Assembly: GCA_963765895.1 (NCBI GenBank)
Contig: CAVXZB010000084.1
Coordinates: 96,001-160,000 of the forward strand
Length of the DNA stretch: 64,000 bases
Direction: 5' to 3'
Source: an uncultured Nitrososphaeraceae archaeon
GTDB taxonomy: Archaea; Thermoproteota; Nitrososphaeria; Nitrososphaerales; Nitrososphaeraceae
The notes under the pieces were generated by a model that was given only the letters and a program-made list of their open reading frames with translations, searched no databases and was not told the DNA's origin. Below, piece after piece: positions 9,206 to 20,515 of this stretch. The stretch's first letter is position 1. Each line of letters begins with the position of its first letter. Both the position numbers and the translations under genes were made by a program.

Positions 9206-11920
9206 TTGGCACATCAAGAGGAACATTTTACTGTCAGAGAAAAAAAATTTGGTGATTTATCTGAGCTGCCAGAAAATACCCCAGCCCTTCTTTTATCGGC
9301 AATATATTCAGGAGAAGAGCAAAAGGTGTATCTAAAATTTTATAGTCCTAAAGATGAATCCATATACATTTGGCGAGATCGGACGAATCATAAACCGTAC
9401 TGTTATACTAAATTACAATATGCGGCCAGAGCTCAAGAAGTCGCCAAATTGGAAAGAAAATATACCATCGAAAATGTGAAAAGACGTGATCTGATATCGG
9501 ATAAATTGATCGATATCCTGAAAATTAGTGCACCCGATCCGCTATCTATTGGTGGGACAGAAAATAGTTTCCGTGAAAAGGTAAAAGCATGGGAAGCAGA
9601 TATTAAATATCACGAAAATTATCTTTATGATACAGGTTTAATTCCTGGTACATTTTATCTTCGAATAGGTAACGAAATCAAGACCCATGAAATGGACATT
9701 TCAGACAAAGTACGAGAAGAGCTGGAAGACCTATTGTGGAATAAACTGAAAGTCTCATCGGAGAAAGCAGAGGATATTCGTTACCAGAAGCAAATTACAA
9801 GATGGGCAAATCTACTTAACCAACCTATTCCTGAGATTAAGCGAGTCTCTGTTGACATAGAGGTTGAATCTGAAGAAGGAAGAATGCCTACTCCTAGGGA
9901 TCATGATCGTCGTATTACTGCTATTGGATTTGTGGCTAGTGATGGATACCGGAGAGTGTTGTTGTTAAATCAGAATAAACAACATGAAAGCAGCCAAGCA
10001 TTGATACCCGAAGCAGAGATCTACTATACAGAAAAGGAACTGCTAGAGGAGGCTTTTAAGATAATAGCTTCATATCCGATCGTCATTACCTACAATGGAG
10101 ATGATTTTGACTTACCATATTTATATGCTCGATCTCAGGATCCAAGAATTGATCCTAATAGATCACAAATTATACCAAAGGACAAAGTACCTATCATAAT
10201 AAAGCGCGAGACTTTCATTAAACGTGGAATTCAGGCAGAACCTGTACAATTAAAATATGGTATACATATCGATCTATTTCGAACATTTCAAAATCGATCC
10301 GTTCAGATTTATGCCTTTAGTAACAAATATTCTGAGCATACTCTAAATGCAATCTCCGAAGCGCTGCTCGACGATACCAAACTAGAATTTGACGGTGATA
10401 TTTCAGAGCTACCCATCGAAACACTTGCCATGTATTGCTTAAAGGATGCAGACCTAACATATAGGTTGACTAGTTTTAATGATAGTTTATTGATGAAGTT
10501 AATAGTAGTTATTGCGAGAATAGGACGATTATCAATAGATGATATTGCGCGCTTTGGCGTTAATCAATGGATTAGAGGAATGCTATACTATGAGCATCGA
10601 CTTAATGGGTTCCTCATACCCAGAAGAGATGAACTGCAGGAAAAGGGTACCGCGTCGACTACTGCAATCATCAAAGAAAAAAAATATCGTGGGGGCTTAG
10701 TGGTTGAGCCCAAGCTAGGGATTCATTTTGGAGTAGTGGTAGTCGATTTCGCTAGCTTGTATCCTAGTATTATCAAAGTCCACAATCTTTCATACGAAAC
10801 AGTTAATTGCGTGCATCAATCTTGCAAGGAAGATCCTAAACAAAAAGTACCTGGAACGACACATTGGATATGCAAAGTGAATAGGGGTCTGACTTCACTA
10901 CTAATAGGTTCGTTACGGGATCTAAGAGTTAATTATTATAAACATCTGTCAAAGAATAAATCAATTACACCAGAAGAACGCCAATTGTACAATGTAGTAA
11001 GTCAAGCTATTAAGGTTATTCTTAACGCCAGTTACGGCGTTATGGGCGCAGAGATTTTCCCTCTTTACTGTTTACCAGTAGCAGATGCTACTGCCGCAAT
11101 CGGAAGAGTAACTACGACTTCTACCATTGAGAGATGCAAGGAAATAGGTATCGAGGTGATCTATGGTGATACAGACTCCCTTTTTTTAAAGAATCCCTCC
11201 TCGAATAAGGTTGAAGAAATCTCAGTATGGGCGAGAACTAGATTAGGAGTTGATTTAGAGATTGACAAACAATATCGCTACGTTGTATTCAGTGAGCTCA
11301 AAAAGAACTATCTCGGTGTACTTACAGACGGAACTGTCGACGTAAAGGGGCTTACTGGAAAAAAATCTCATACCCCCCCATTCATCCGTAACGCGTTTTA
11401 TGAAATTTTGAATATTTTGAGTAAAGTCGATTCGGAAAAGGATTTTGAATCTGCTAGGGAAAAAATCAAAAATATAATCCAAGAAAATGCAAAGGGATTA
11501 GAGCTAAAGAAGATCCCTCTAAATGATCTGAGTTTCAATGTGATGGTAAATAAGTCGCCAGAAAAGTATGGTAAGAAAATGTCGAACAATCAAAGCACAA
11601 AAAATATTGCGTTGCATGGCAAGGAGAAAGAAGTAGAAACCTTCAAAGGTCTTCCGCAGCATATCAAGGCCGCGAAGTTATTAACTGACAATGGAAGGTT
11701 AATCAAAGCCGGCGATATCATATCCTATGTGAAAACAAAGACAGGAGATGGGGTAAAGCCAGTAGAACTCGCAGTTGCTGAAGATATCGACATCGAGAAA
11801 TACCTTGCTACCATGGAAGCTACCTTTGACCAATTACTATCATCTCTCAATTTCAATTTTAAGACGCTTTTGGGGAAGCCGCGGCAACGTAGTTTGGATG
11901 AACTATTCTGGAATGTATGA
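9206..11920 (+). CDS. polB: family B DNA polymerase (PolB1 type)
   Basis: Exonuclease DIEV and YNGDDFD; polymerase DFASLYPSII, KVILNASYG, YGDTDS and KKNY; no intein seen. Confidence 0.96.
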   Translation: MAHQEEHFTVREKKFGDLSELPENTPALLLSAIYSGEEQKVYLKFYSPKDESIYIWRDRTNHKPYCYTKLQYAARAQEVAKLERKYTIENVKRRDLISDKLIDILKISAPDPLSIGGTENSFREKVKAWEADIKYHENYLYDTGLIPGTFYLRIGNEIKTHEMDISDKVREELEDLLWNKLKVSSEKAEDIRYQKQITRWANLLNQPIPEIKRVSVDIEVESEEGRMPTPRDHDRRITAIGFVASDGYRRVLLLNQNKQHESSQALIPEAEIYYTEKELLEEAFKIIASYPIVITYNGDDFDLPYLYARSQDPRIDPNRSQIIPKDKVPIIIKRETFIKRGIQAEPVQLKYGIHIDLFRTFQNRSVQIYAFSNKYSEHTLNAISEALLDDTKLEFDGDISELPIETLAMYCLKDADLTYRLTSFNDSLLMKLIVVIARIGRLSIDDIARFGVNQWIRGMLYYEHRLNGFLIPRRDELQEKGTASTTAIIKEKKYRGGLVVEPKLGIHFGVVVVDFASLYPSIIKVHNLSYETVNCVHQSCKEDPKQKVPGTTHWICKVNRGLTSLLIGSLRDLRVNYYKHLSKNKSITPEERQLYNVVSQAIKVILNASYGVMGAEIFPLYCLPVADATAAIGRVTTTSTIERCKEIGIEVIYGDTDSLFLKNPSSNKVEEISVWARTRLGVDLEIDKQYRYVVFSELKKNYLGVLTDGTVDVKGLTGKKSHTPPFIRNAFYEILNILSKVDSEKDFESAREKIKNIIQENAKGLELKKIPLNDLSFNVMVNKSPEKYGKKMSNNQSTKNIALHGKEKEVETFKGLPQHIKAAKLLTDNGRLIKAGDIISYVKTKTGDGVKPVELAVAEDIDIEKYLATMEATFDQLLSSLNFNFKTLLGKPRQRSLDELFWNV

Positions 11921-12169
11921 AGATCTCATATGACATATAATGCATTTGGTTTTTCTTGTACCTCGTCTGTATTGGTATAAGGTTGTCTGCTTAAAAGGCA
12001 TGGTTGTTATTGTTTAATTCAATCCAACTGCTCAATATGAATATTTGCAATTGCCCTTGATTTAACAATATTAAATACAAATGTGGAAATACATAATTTA
12101 GGATCTAATCTATTTTTTATCAATTAATTATAAATTCGATAGTTGGACCATTAGCTATAAATAAATCAT

Positions 12170-12814
12170 GTGCCTAAATACAGTGTGGAACAGAACATTC
12201 CTAATACGATGACATCTTTGCTATCTTCTCGTGTAGGACTTCTCATGAAGCCGGATGTTGTCATACTTGAAAGCGACGCTTCAGTTGACGAGGCTACAAA
12301 GATGATGAGAGAGAAAAATAGCAGAAGCGTACTTGTATCTAAACGCGGGGAAGTAATTGGGATCGTAAGCAAGACTGATATTCTCTTCAAAGTGATTTCC
12401 CAAAATGGGAATCCATCGAAAGTTAAGTTGAGAGAGATAATGACATGTCCTGTTCTTGCTTTGGGCCCAGGTTCAACAATTAAGGAAGCCTTGGCTGTTA
12501 TGGACAAGCATGGTATTAGGCAGGTGATGGTTCATGCGTATGCTGCAGTTTTAGGAGTTGTCACCAGAGAAGATATTTACCAGAGTATGGAAACACTATC
12601 CATGGCTTCTGAAGATACAGCCATCTCCGGAACGCCGGCGTGCATTATTAATACCAAGGCTATAGCATATATGAAAGATTTAAGTAAATTCAGTATAGTA
12701 TGTCCATACTGCCAATCCCCCTTTGATACCAAGGAAGGCCTTTCGAAACATATCGACAGACTACACGGCGAATCTGGAATTTTGGAAGGGGATGTCAGAC
12801 ATCTATTTGAGTGA
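12170..12814 (+). CDS. CBS-pair protein with C-terminal C2H2 zinc finger
   Basis: Two CBS repeats (GIVSKTDI, GVVTREDI) and CPYC-x12-HIDRLH. Confidence 0.85.
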   Translation: MPKYSVEQNIPNTMTSLLSSRVGLLMKPDVVILESDASVDEATKMMREKNSRSVLVSKRGEVIGIVSKTDILFKVISQNGNPSKVKLREIMTCPVLALGPGSTIKEALAVMDKHGIRQVMVHAYAAVLGVVTREDIYQSMETLSMASEDTAISGTPACIINTKAIAYMKDLSKFSIVCPYCQSPFDTKEGLSKHIDRLHGESGILEGDVRHLFE

Positions 12815-12980
12815 ATATTGTAAATAACTGAATCCAACTTTGTAATGTTCGATATCTTCGGTCTGAAGCCACAACTAATGCTGCATTGTTGTCCCCAATT
12901 GAATTTAAATATGGGACTCGCAGATATTACTAATGACAAAAGCGTTTTAATGTTGAAGGTCTAACCTGGTACTCTGAGAA

Positions 12981-13943
12981 TTGACTATTGATGGACTAGA
13001 CCAGATGTTTATTATACCCGAGAAAACAAAAGCTGGATACGGATTTGCGGATATACCCCAATCAGTTACTCTTGATGAAGCTCAGGTGATATTTTATGGT
13101 GTTCCATTAGACCTGACGACCAGTTTTGGAAAAGGTACTGCAAGAGGTCCAGAAGCGATACGAATCACATCTGCTCGTCAAACTGAAACATTTGTTTTTG
13201 AAGAAAAGATCGATATTTATGAGAGGGCGAGAATTTACGACCTAGGAGATATCAAGATACCCAAGACCAAGGGAGGAAATCGGTATAACCACATCAAGAC
13301 TGTCTTTAAGTATCTTGATGACAAGATTTCAAAAGTCTCTAGGGCCGCTCTTAGCACGAATAAAATTCCTGTGCTGCTTGGAGGAGAGCATACTGTCTCG
13401 TATTTTCAGATAAAGGAAGTGTCCAAGGAAAATCCCATTCTTATCCATTTTGATGCCCACAGAGATATGAAAGAAGAATATGATGATCTTAGATTGTGTC
13501 ATACTACACCTTTTTACCATCTTATAAAAGAAGGACACATTTCTGGCAAAAATATTATTCAGATCGGTATTCGCCAGGCTGATAGTCACGAAAATAAAAC
13601 GGCCGAGGCATTTGGAGTGACTACCTTCGATGCTTGGAGGGTTCACAATAGAATAGATGAGCTTCTCAATCATTTGCAGAGGGTTACTAGAAATAGGAAT
13701 ATCTACATATCTTTTGATATCGATGTCTACGATCTACCTTACGTGCCATGCACAGGCACACCAGAACCTTTTGGGTTAGACCCTTTTCAGATTCTTAGAA
13801 TAATTAAGAGCATAAGTCACTCGTCCACACTCGTGGGAGTGGATTTAGTAGAAGTGGGCATAAAAAATAATGATTATCGAGAAGGAGTCCTTGCAACACA
13901 AACTCTGTTTAGAATTCTCGCACATAAATATAAAACAAAATGA
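12981..13943 (+). CDS. speB: agmatinase / ureohydrolase family
   Basis: GPEAIR, GGEHT, DAHRD, SFDIDVYD and GTPEPFG motifs. Confidence 0.8.
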   Translation: MTIDGLDQMFIIPEKTKAGYGFADIPQSVTLDEAQVIFYGVPLDLTTSFGKGTARGPEAIRITSARQTETFVFEEKIDIYERARIYDLGDIKIPKTKGGNRYNHIKTVFKYLDDKISKVSRAALSTNKIPVLLGGEHTVSYFQIKEVSKENPILIHFDAHRDMKEEYDDLRLCHTTPFYHLIKEGHISGKNIIQIGIRQADSHENKTAEAFGVTTFDAWRVHNRIDELLNHLQRVTRNRNIYISFDIDVYDLPYVPCTGTPEPFGLDPFQILRIIKSISHSSTLVGVDLVEVGIKNNDYREGVLATQTLFRILAHKYKTK

Positions 13944-14332
13944 TTTGGTCCGACTAGTCGAAACGAGCAACCAGATCAACTATGGTAGTAATGATGTCTG
14001 TTAGCCTTTACAAGATTTCGAGACCACTAAAATTCATTTGGGCGTCGAAAACCCATTGTTAAGGTTACACTAAACACAAAAAATTTTGTGTGTAGCACAA
14101 TTTCGTGGTTGTTTACAACCGTATCTGGTCCATGAAAGCCTGTGGAATCACTTGCTTACTTGGAGCGTTGCGGTATGGATTCTCATTGTACATATCATTA
14201 ATCAACATCAAAGCTTTTCATTTAAAATATATTTGCCAATAATAGCGGCTTCTTAAGGCAAATCTTATTAGTGTTGTAAATTCAAATGAATGACTAATTT
14301 TATAAGCTGCCAATTTTTAATAATCATGAATA

Positions 14333-14638
14333 ATGCAAGACTTTTTTGAAATAGATCGTTTAATAGAAGACTTGGCGAAGATTTACGCTACTGCATGTGC
14401 TTCTACATGGTTTAAAGTATCTAGAAATTTGAAACCTACGAGAGAAGAATTCCGTAGCAAAGCAGTCGAGTTTATGGGTCATTTTCAATATTCCCTATCA
14501 AAATTTCCCGAGAATGAGGATGGAGAAAAGTTTAGAGAGTACGCTAACAACAGACTCCAGACAGAAACGAAGAAGGTTGTCGAAGGAAACAATAAAGAGG
14601 TTGAGAAAAGATACAAGTATTTTGTTGGTTGGTCCTAA
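14333..14638 (+). CDS. hypothetical protein
   Basis: 101 aa ORF, TATA-like TTTATAA about 30 nt upstream, protein-like composition. Confidence 0.7.
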   Translation: MQDFFEIDRLIEDLAKIYATACASTWFKVSRNLKPTREEFRSKAVEFMGHFQYSLSKFPENEDGEKFREYANNRLQTETKKVVEGNNKEVEKRYKYFVGWS

Positions 14639-15208
14639 AATAGGGATGTATTATGCTAATCCAGATCATACTTGAATACTGACCGTGACTTCTTACTGAC
14701 AACCTTGCTATCCGATACTTCTGATTCGAATCTATATATTTTTTAACTATGATAGATCCTGCTCTCTGTTAATAGAACTCGAGTTGAATCACTACTATCT
14801 GAACCTATTTGATATTTTGGAGCTGTAAGACATATGAGTAGGTGTTGAAAAATCTAGTCCAAATCTTTTAAAGATAGTTCTAACTAGTAACTCAGTCTTA
14901 CACTGGAAATTAGGACAAAATTTTCAATAAAAACCTCTCTTCGATAATTATCCCGCAATTAATATAATGAAGTTGCTATCTAATGCATCATTAGTTATTC
15001 GATAATCAAAAATTAAAATTGAATTGATTTACTATGTGGACCATTTACTCCAAATGCTGACATTACTGTTAACTAAAAATTAAGATTATCAAACATCGTG
15101 GATATTGATAAAATGACATGAAATTCTTGGAGGCCACACATCGATATATAGTGAATGATAGTCGTAAAAGTTTTAAGAAGCACACCCAAACAACAATAGT
15201 ATTAGGAA

Positions 15209-16315
15209 ATGAAAATTACATTATCTGCAATCAAAGCCGACATTGGAGCAATCGGAGGTCATACTTGTCCCAGTTCAGAATTGATTCAAAAAGTAAAGGA
15301 TCATGTTTTATCCAGATCAAAAGGGATGCTAATTGACCACTATATTGGCTTCAGTGGCGACGATATACACATTATCATGACCCACACATTGGGGATCGAC
15401 AATAAACAGATTCATCAACTCGCGTGGGATGCCTTCAGTGAGGGAACTAAGATTGCCAAAGAACAAGGATTGTATGGTGCAGGTCAAGATCTTTTGAAGG
15501 ACGCTTTTTCAGGAAATGTAAGAGGCATGGGGCCTGGCGTCGCAGAGATTGAGATGGAAGAACGTCCAAGTGAGGTATTTTGCATATTTGCAGCTGATAA
15601 GACCGAACCGGGGGCGTTCAACTTTCCTCTTTGGCGAATGTTTGTCGATGCCAGGAGTAACACCGGACTTCTAATTAATGAACAATTAGCATCAGGGGTA
15701 ACCTTTCGAATCATGGACGTTATTGCAGGCAAGATCGCAGATCTTAAGATGTGGGAAGACAAACCAGAACTTGAGGCAGCACTGATGTATCCAGGAAGGT
15801 ATGTAGTTCATTCGGTTGTATCTTCAGACGGAGATGTTATTGTATCAGCATCCACGGATAGACTTCACAATATTGCTGGTACATATGTAGGAAAGGACGA
15901 TCCGATCGCGATAGTGAGAACGCAAAAGAACTTTCCTGCAACAGAAGAAGCTGGAAGTGCTTTTAACAATCCACATTTTGTAGCAGGTAACACTCGTGGG
16001 AGCCATCATATGCCTCTCATGCCCGTAAGGCTAAATTCAGCTGCGAGTTTGAACTATGCCATACCAATAGTCTCTTGTCTTGTGTTTAGTATGCATAATG
16101 GTAAGTTGACAGGTCCACATGACGGATTTGGTACTGCGGACTGGGATCTTCAAAGAATGTGGGCCTCTGAGAGGGCAATGATCATTAGAAACCAAGGTTT
16201 TATTCATCCTGCGACTTTGGTGCCGGAGGAGCTAGAATATAATAAAGGCTATGAAGCAAGGATGGCCAAATTGAATAAAAAATTTAAAGATATTAGTACA
16301 ACTACGACCTCCTAA
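15209..16315 (+). CDS. fbp: bifunctional fructose-1,6-bisphosphate aldolase/phosphatase
   Basis: IKADIGAIGGH, GDD, GLYGAGQDLL, ADKTEPGAFN and YVGKDDP motifs. Confidence 0.96.
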   Translation: MKITLSAIKADIGAIGGHTCPSSELIQKVKDHVLSRSKGMLIDHYIGFSGDDIHIIMTHTLGIDNKQIHQLAWDAFSEGTKIAKEQGLYGAGQDLLKDAFSGNVRGMGPGVAEIEMEERPSEVFCIFAADKTEPGAFNFPLWRMFVDARSNTGLLINEQLASGVTFRIMDVIAGKIADLKMWEDKPELEAALMYPGRYVVHSVVSSDGDVIVSASTDRLHNIAGTYVGKDDPIAIVRTQKNFPATEEAGSAFNNPHFVAGNTRGSHHMPLMPVRLNSAASLNYAIPIVSCLVFSMHNGKLTGPHDGFGTADWDLQRMWASERAMIIRNQGFIHPATLVPEELEYNKGYEARMAKLNKKFKDISTTTTS

Positions 16316-16457
16316 AAATAGAATGAAAATAAAGCAGCTGAGCGACTAGGTAGATTATAATTGCCAATTGACATTATAACTAAAATTTCTAAATATACAC
16401 ATGTCATTTCTATAGTTAGGATAATAAATGTAAGAAAAAGAATAGCTATTTAATCAT

Positions 16458-17126
16458 TTGAAGAATCCACTAATTTTAAATTTTAAGAACTACCTAGAGA
16501 TTTCTGGAGAAAAGACCTTAGAACTTGCAAAGTCAGCCGAGAAAGTCAGTAATGACCTAGGAGTAGAGATAGTTGTAGCTCCGCCGCAGCCTTCTCTGTG
16601 GACTGTAGCAAATATTATAGATATTCCTGTAATATGTCAGCACGTAGATGATGCCAATTCTGGATCGAGTACTGGCTACTTTGTACCAGAAATTGCCAAG
16701 TCGTATGGAGGTATAGGGTCTTTGATAAATCATAGTGAGCACAGGATAGACATGAAGAGTATATTGAAGTTGGTCCAGACGTTAAAAAAACTTAATATGA
16801 TATCCATAGTTTGTGCGAGGACACCTGCCGAGGTTGTTGAGATAGCGAAGTTCAGGCCTGATTTCGTTGCGATCGAACCGCCGGAGCTAATAGGTAGTGG
16901 TAAGGCTATATCGAAGGAGGCGCCACAAATAATTTCAAGTTCAGTAAAGGCAGTAACTGACAATTCTGATTCTACAGGGATGGTTTGTGGAGCAGGAATC
17001 GTGGATAAATCAGATGTTTCCAGGGCTCTACAGCTAGGTGCAAATGGAATTCTCGTGGCAAGCGGCATAATTAAATATAGGTCGTGGCAAGAAAAGATTT
17101 CAGAACTAGCTTCGGCCTTTATCTAG
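16458..17126 (+). CDS. tpiA: triosephosphate isomerase (archaeal type)
   Basis: NFKNY, NHSEHR, AIEPPELIG and CGAGI motifs. Confidence 0.96.
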   Translation: MKNPLILNFKNYLEISGEKTLELAKSAEKVSNDLGVEIVVAPPQPSLWTVANIIDIPVICQHVDDANSGSSTGYFVPEIAKSYGGIGSLINHSEHRIDMKSILKLVQTLKKLNMISIVCARTPAEVVEIAKFRPDFVAIEPPELIGSGKAISKEAPQIISSSVKAVTDNSDSTGMVCGAGIVDKSDVSRALQLGANGILVASGIIKYRSWQEKISELASAFI

Positions 17127-17465
17127 CTAACATAGTAGATATATTGTATAATTACTAGATTTATTTTGATATTATAGAGAGGATTGGACTTGTAATAACT
17201 TAATTACAAATCTAAATTGGCATTGCACTTAGTCGAGGGGTTAAGTCGTCCAAATATTGAAGAATAATCTTGCTCACTATCCTGTGATCTGTTGTCAAAA
17301 AATCGGTAAGAAAGATAAGGAAAACAATCCGTTCTGGATCGCAAGCTGTTAGTTTTTATTGCAAATGCCAAATTTGAATACTTTATACTCCTTATCTCCT
17401 ATACACTAATTCGTATACTGAGCTATAAGGTAGTCATGGTCCTGTAACTAGCCTACCAGCTTAAT

Positions 17466-17903
17466 TTATTGCGTCACCACTACAGGTTCAGACATTGCTG
17501 CGTTTTCTTTTCCGATGTCAGACAATGTCTTTTTGATGTGGTCCCAGAAATGTTTCTCAAATGCATGTGCTCTATAACCTGATACTGCAGCTGCAGGAAT
17601 TGCAGCTATTCCGGCAGTCAGAACACCTGCTATAACTGTCGGAACGATTATATCTTTACCCCATGCACCTGTTCGTAGAATCAGATCATAATTACCCTCG
17701 TTGCCGCTTATCATAACCTCTACATCACGTACATTTCCGATTATGACACTGCCTCTAGTACCTTTATGCGCTTTTAGATCCCAAAAGTTTTCTTCCTTTT
17801 CCTCGTGGATTATATCAAGTTTTTTGTCCTGTAAATATTTCTTGATTTGACTGTACAGTTGTGAAACATCTACATTTTGTAGAGTAACATGTTCTTGTCT
17901 CAT
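17466..17903 (-). CDS. hypothetical protein with one hydrophobic segment
   Basis: Open frame; ATG at 17903 is the likely start; hydrophobic IIVPTVIAGVLTAGIAAIPAAAV. Confidence 0.65.
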   Translation of the reverse strand: MRQEHVTLQNVDVSQLYSQIKKYLQDKKLDIIHEEKEENFWDLKAHKGTRGSVIIGNVRDVEVMISGNEGNYDLILRTGAWGKDIIVPTVIAGVLTAGIAAIPAAAVSGYRAHAFEKHFWDHIKKTLSDIGKENAAMSEPVVVTQ

Positions 17904-18604
17904 TATTACTTTGTATAGGATAATCTCTATTATACTTTTACAAAGCAATATAAACAGTACAACTATCCAAAAAAAGTCTTACTCTAATCAGAATTTCTTT
18001 CTGGTCCCAGTATATCGTGTATTTGATTGTTAGCTGAAATTCAGTATATAGCTTCAATTCGCGCATTTTGCGTATCAATCTATTCCAGTATTCCCAATGA
18101 CAAAATTATCTTCCTCAATAAGTTATGCTGTCACGACATAACCACTTAGACTGCGGATCCTGTCCAGCCCGGAATTTCCAACTGAAGTAACGGGATAAGA
18201 CGTACCTATTTTCAGACCGTTCTAACTTCAAGCCACGGTACAGCCTAATGAAGCTTAAGATATATGCAATGACATCTGCCGGTTCAACCCTGCAAAAAAA
18301 TCCTTAATTAGGAGCAGCATACCAATTTATACGGCCTGTTCAAATGTATTTATCACTTGTACCCGTATCTTAACATCTATCTTTGTGGGTGTCAGTTAGT
18401 TCACCTTGAGTAATATCGCAAAATTGGGTATATAGGTATACAATACTAATTCGGGTCCCGATTATATTGCATGTAATGCTTGTGGGATGCACTGAGCTAT
18501 AATCTGGCCATCCTATCCTGCTGTATTGCATGATGACTGAGATTTAAATAGTTGTTTCCGATAAAGGCTACCTTTAACAATATTCTAATACATAATCCCC
18601 GAAT

Positions 18605-19786
18605 TTGCATTTTAAATATATTAATAAGTTCAATCGTAAATTTTATTTTATGTCATTAAATCATTTTATCACTCTGCTAAGACCCGTAATCATAATCCTG
18701 CCAATATTGTCAATATCCATCGTGTTAAATAATAGTGAGCTTAAAAGTGAACCGGCGCTAGCAACTAGTCTGAATAACTCTTATGTTGATCATTTCAATG
18801 TCCCAGTGGCACTTGAAAAAAGCTCCGTATTTTATACAATTAGTGAAGCAGCAAGCGTGCAAGTAAAAACTAACCATAATACAGGAGCAAATGTTAAAAC
18901 TACTCAGGTTAATAATGACAGCATTGCTGACATAAATCACACAACTAAACTAGCGATATTAACTTTTGGCGATATTCATAAAAACCAATTCACAGTTGTC
19001 AAGCCAATCTTGGACAAGTATGGCTTTAAGGGTAGTTTCTTTGTAACCTGCGGCTTTGTTAAAGACAATAATGCCAAAAACATTGGGATGGATAACGGCA
19101 AAGAGAATGGAACGCCGCGGATGAGCTGGAGCGACATAGAGGCGCTAAAACAAGATGGCCAAGATATAGAATCGAAAGGAATGACACACCGAGATCTTAA
19201 CCAATTGGGATCTGAGGATCTAGAATTCGAAATTGGAGGCTCGAAACACTGTTTAGAAAGTCACAACATTAGCCCTAATATTTTTGCAGTTGTACATGGT
19301 GATGCATGGAACAATTCTAGTGTTATAAATATTATCAGCAAATATTATGGGTTTGCAGATAATGGCTTTGCTGATCTAATATTTTTACGCTGTGATGGAT
19401 ACGTTACGCACAAACAAACCGATTGCAGCACCTACACTAATAATGGGACATTAAATTATGCAAACAGATATTCCATAAGAGAGAGGAGTCAGAATACATT
19501 GGACCGAACTTATCTCCACAACGATCAGGTAATATTTGAGAAATTTAAAGAACAGGTAAATTCTCAAACTGGATATAATAATATGAAGGCCTTTATTGAC
19601 GCCATACCTGTAATTGCGTACCATAGTATAGATGACTCAAAAGGGCCTTCAAGTACTAATGCTGAATTGTTTGCGTCAGAGATGAAATATTTACACGATA
19701 ATGGAATTAAGGTAATACCTATGTCTGATCTAGGCTATAATGAAAGCGCCGATTATATTTACGTTAAAAACTGGTCAAGTCGATAA
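18605..19786 (+). CDS. polysaccharide deacetylase family protein, secreted or membrane anchored
   Basis: N-terminal hydrophobic segment; LTFGD, KYGFKGSFFV, MSW, ESKGMTH, and C-terminal PVIAYH / MKYLHDNG; canonical TFDD and SHxxxH ligands are altered. Confidence 0.8.
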   Translation: MHFKYINKFNRKFYFMSLNHFITLLRPVIIILPILSISIVLNNSELKSEPALATSLNNSYVDHFNVPVALEKSSVFYTISEAASVQVKTNHNTGANVKTTQVNNDSIADINHTTKLAILTFGDIHKNQFTVVKPILDKYGFKGSFFVTCGFVKDNNAKNIGMDNGKENGTPRMSWSDIEALKQDGQDIESKGMTHRDLNQLGSEDLEFEIGGSKHCLESHNISPNIFAVVHGDAWNNSSVINIISKYYGFADNGFADLIFLRCDGYVTHKQTDCSTYTNNGTLNYANRYSIRERSQNTLDRTYLHNDQVIFEKFKEQVNSQTGYNNMKAFIDAIPVIAYHSIDDSKGPSSTNAELFASEMKYLHDNGIKVIPMSDLGYNESADYIYVKNWSSR

Positions 19787-20515
19787 TGTAGTCGATTAAT
19801 TGGGTTGAGTTTTTAGTGTATGACAAAAAATTGAGATGTATATTATGATACTAAACTGAGGAGACATTCTGGTCATACCAAAAATAGAAAACAAACTCTA
19901 GCTTTCAATTTTTTTATTCTAAATGTGGTCTTTAAATCCCAAATAACTCCAAATATCAATAAAACCATTGGAAGAAGGACTGGAGCGAACCCGAAAAAAG
20001 ATTAACTCGCAAGAAAAACCGAATAGTACCTACGAATCGTATAATACAGTTTACGTATTGATCCTGACCAGATAGCAAAAAAATAGGCAAGATTAGTTAA
20101 TACAGTATTGAATAGACATAACTAAGTGGTATTACTAGAGTCTTATATGAAATTGACAGAATCTTACATGGCTCCTTTACTTAATAAGTTCAGAAACATT
20201 TCTATAAAATAGAAGAAATCATATCGATCCCTTACTGATATTTTATTTGTCTCGTCACCGTTATAAAAAATAATTGTGGAATAAACTAACGTATTTCATT
20301 GGCCATTTTCCTATCGCCTGCTCTTGGCCCGAGCTTGGTATGATCCGATAAATTGTTGTGTCAAAGGTTAGAACGTTTAGATATTGGATATTAGACATAA
20401 CTTCTGTCTCTGATTGCTTCACTAAAAATACTATTGATTTGAGATCTGCTGGACTGTTTGCCACTTTACCTTTAAGAGGATCGTTAGTCTTTTTCAAATC
20501 TTTATATTAACTGCT

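Noticed and set aside
9206-11920. Intein or casposon/viral origin of PolB
   Set aside because: Normal length, continuous motifs, housekeeping neighbours, no Cas1 or terminal repeats
17950-18600. Possible decayed gene in the intergenic stretch
   Set aside because: The frames I translated by hand gave only short, unrecognisable peptides
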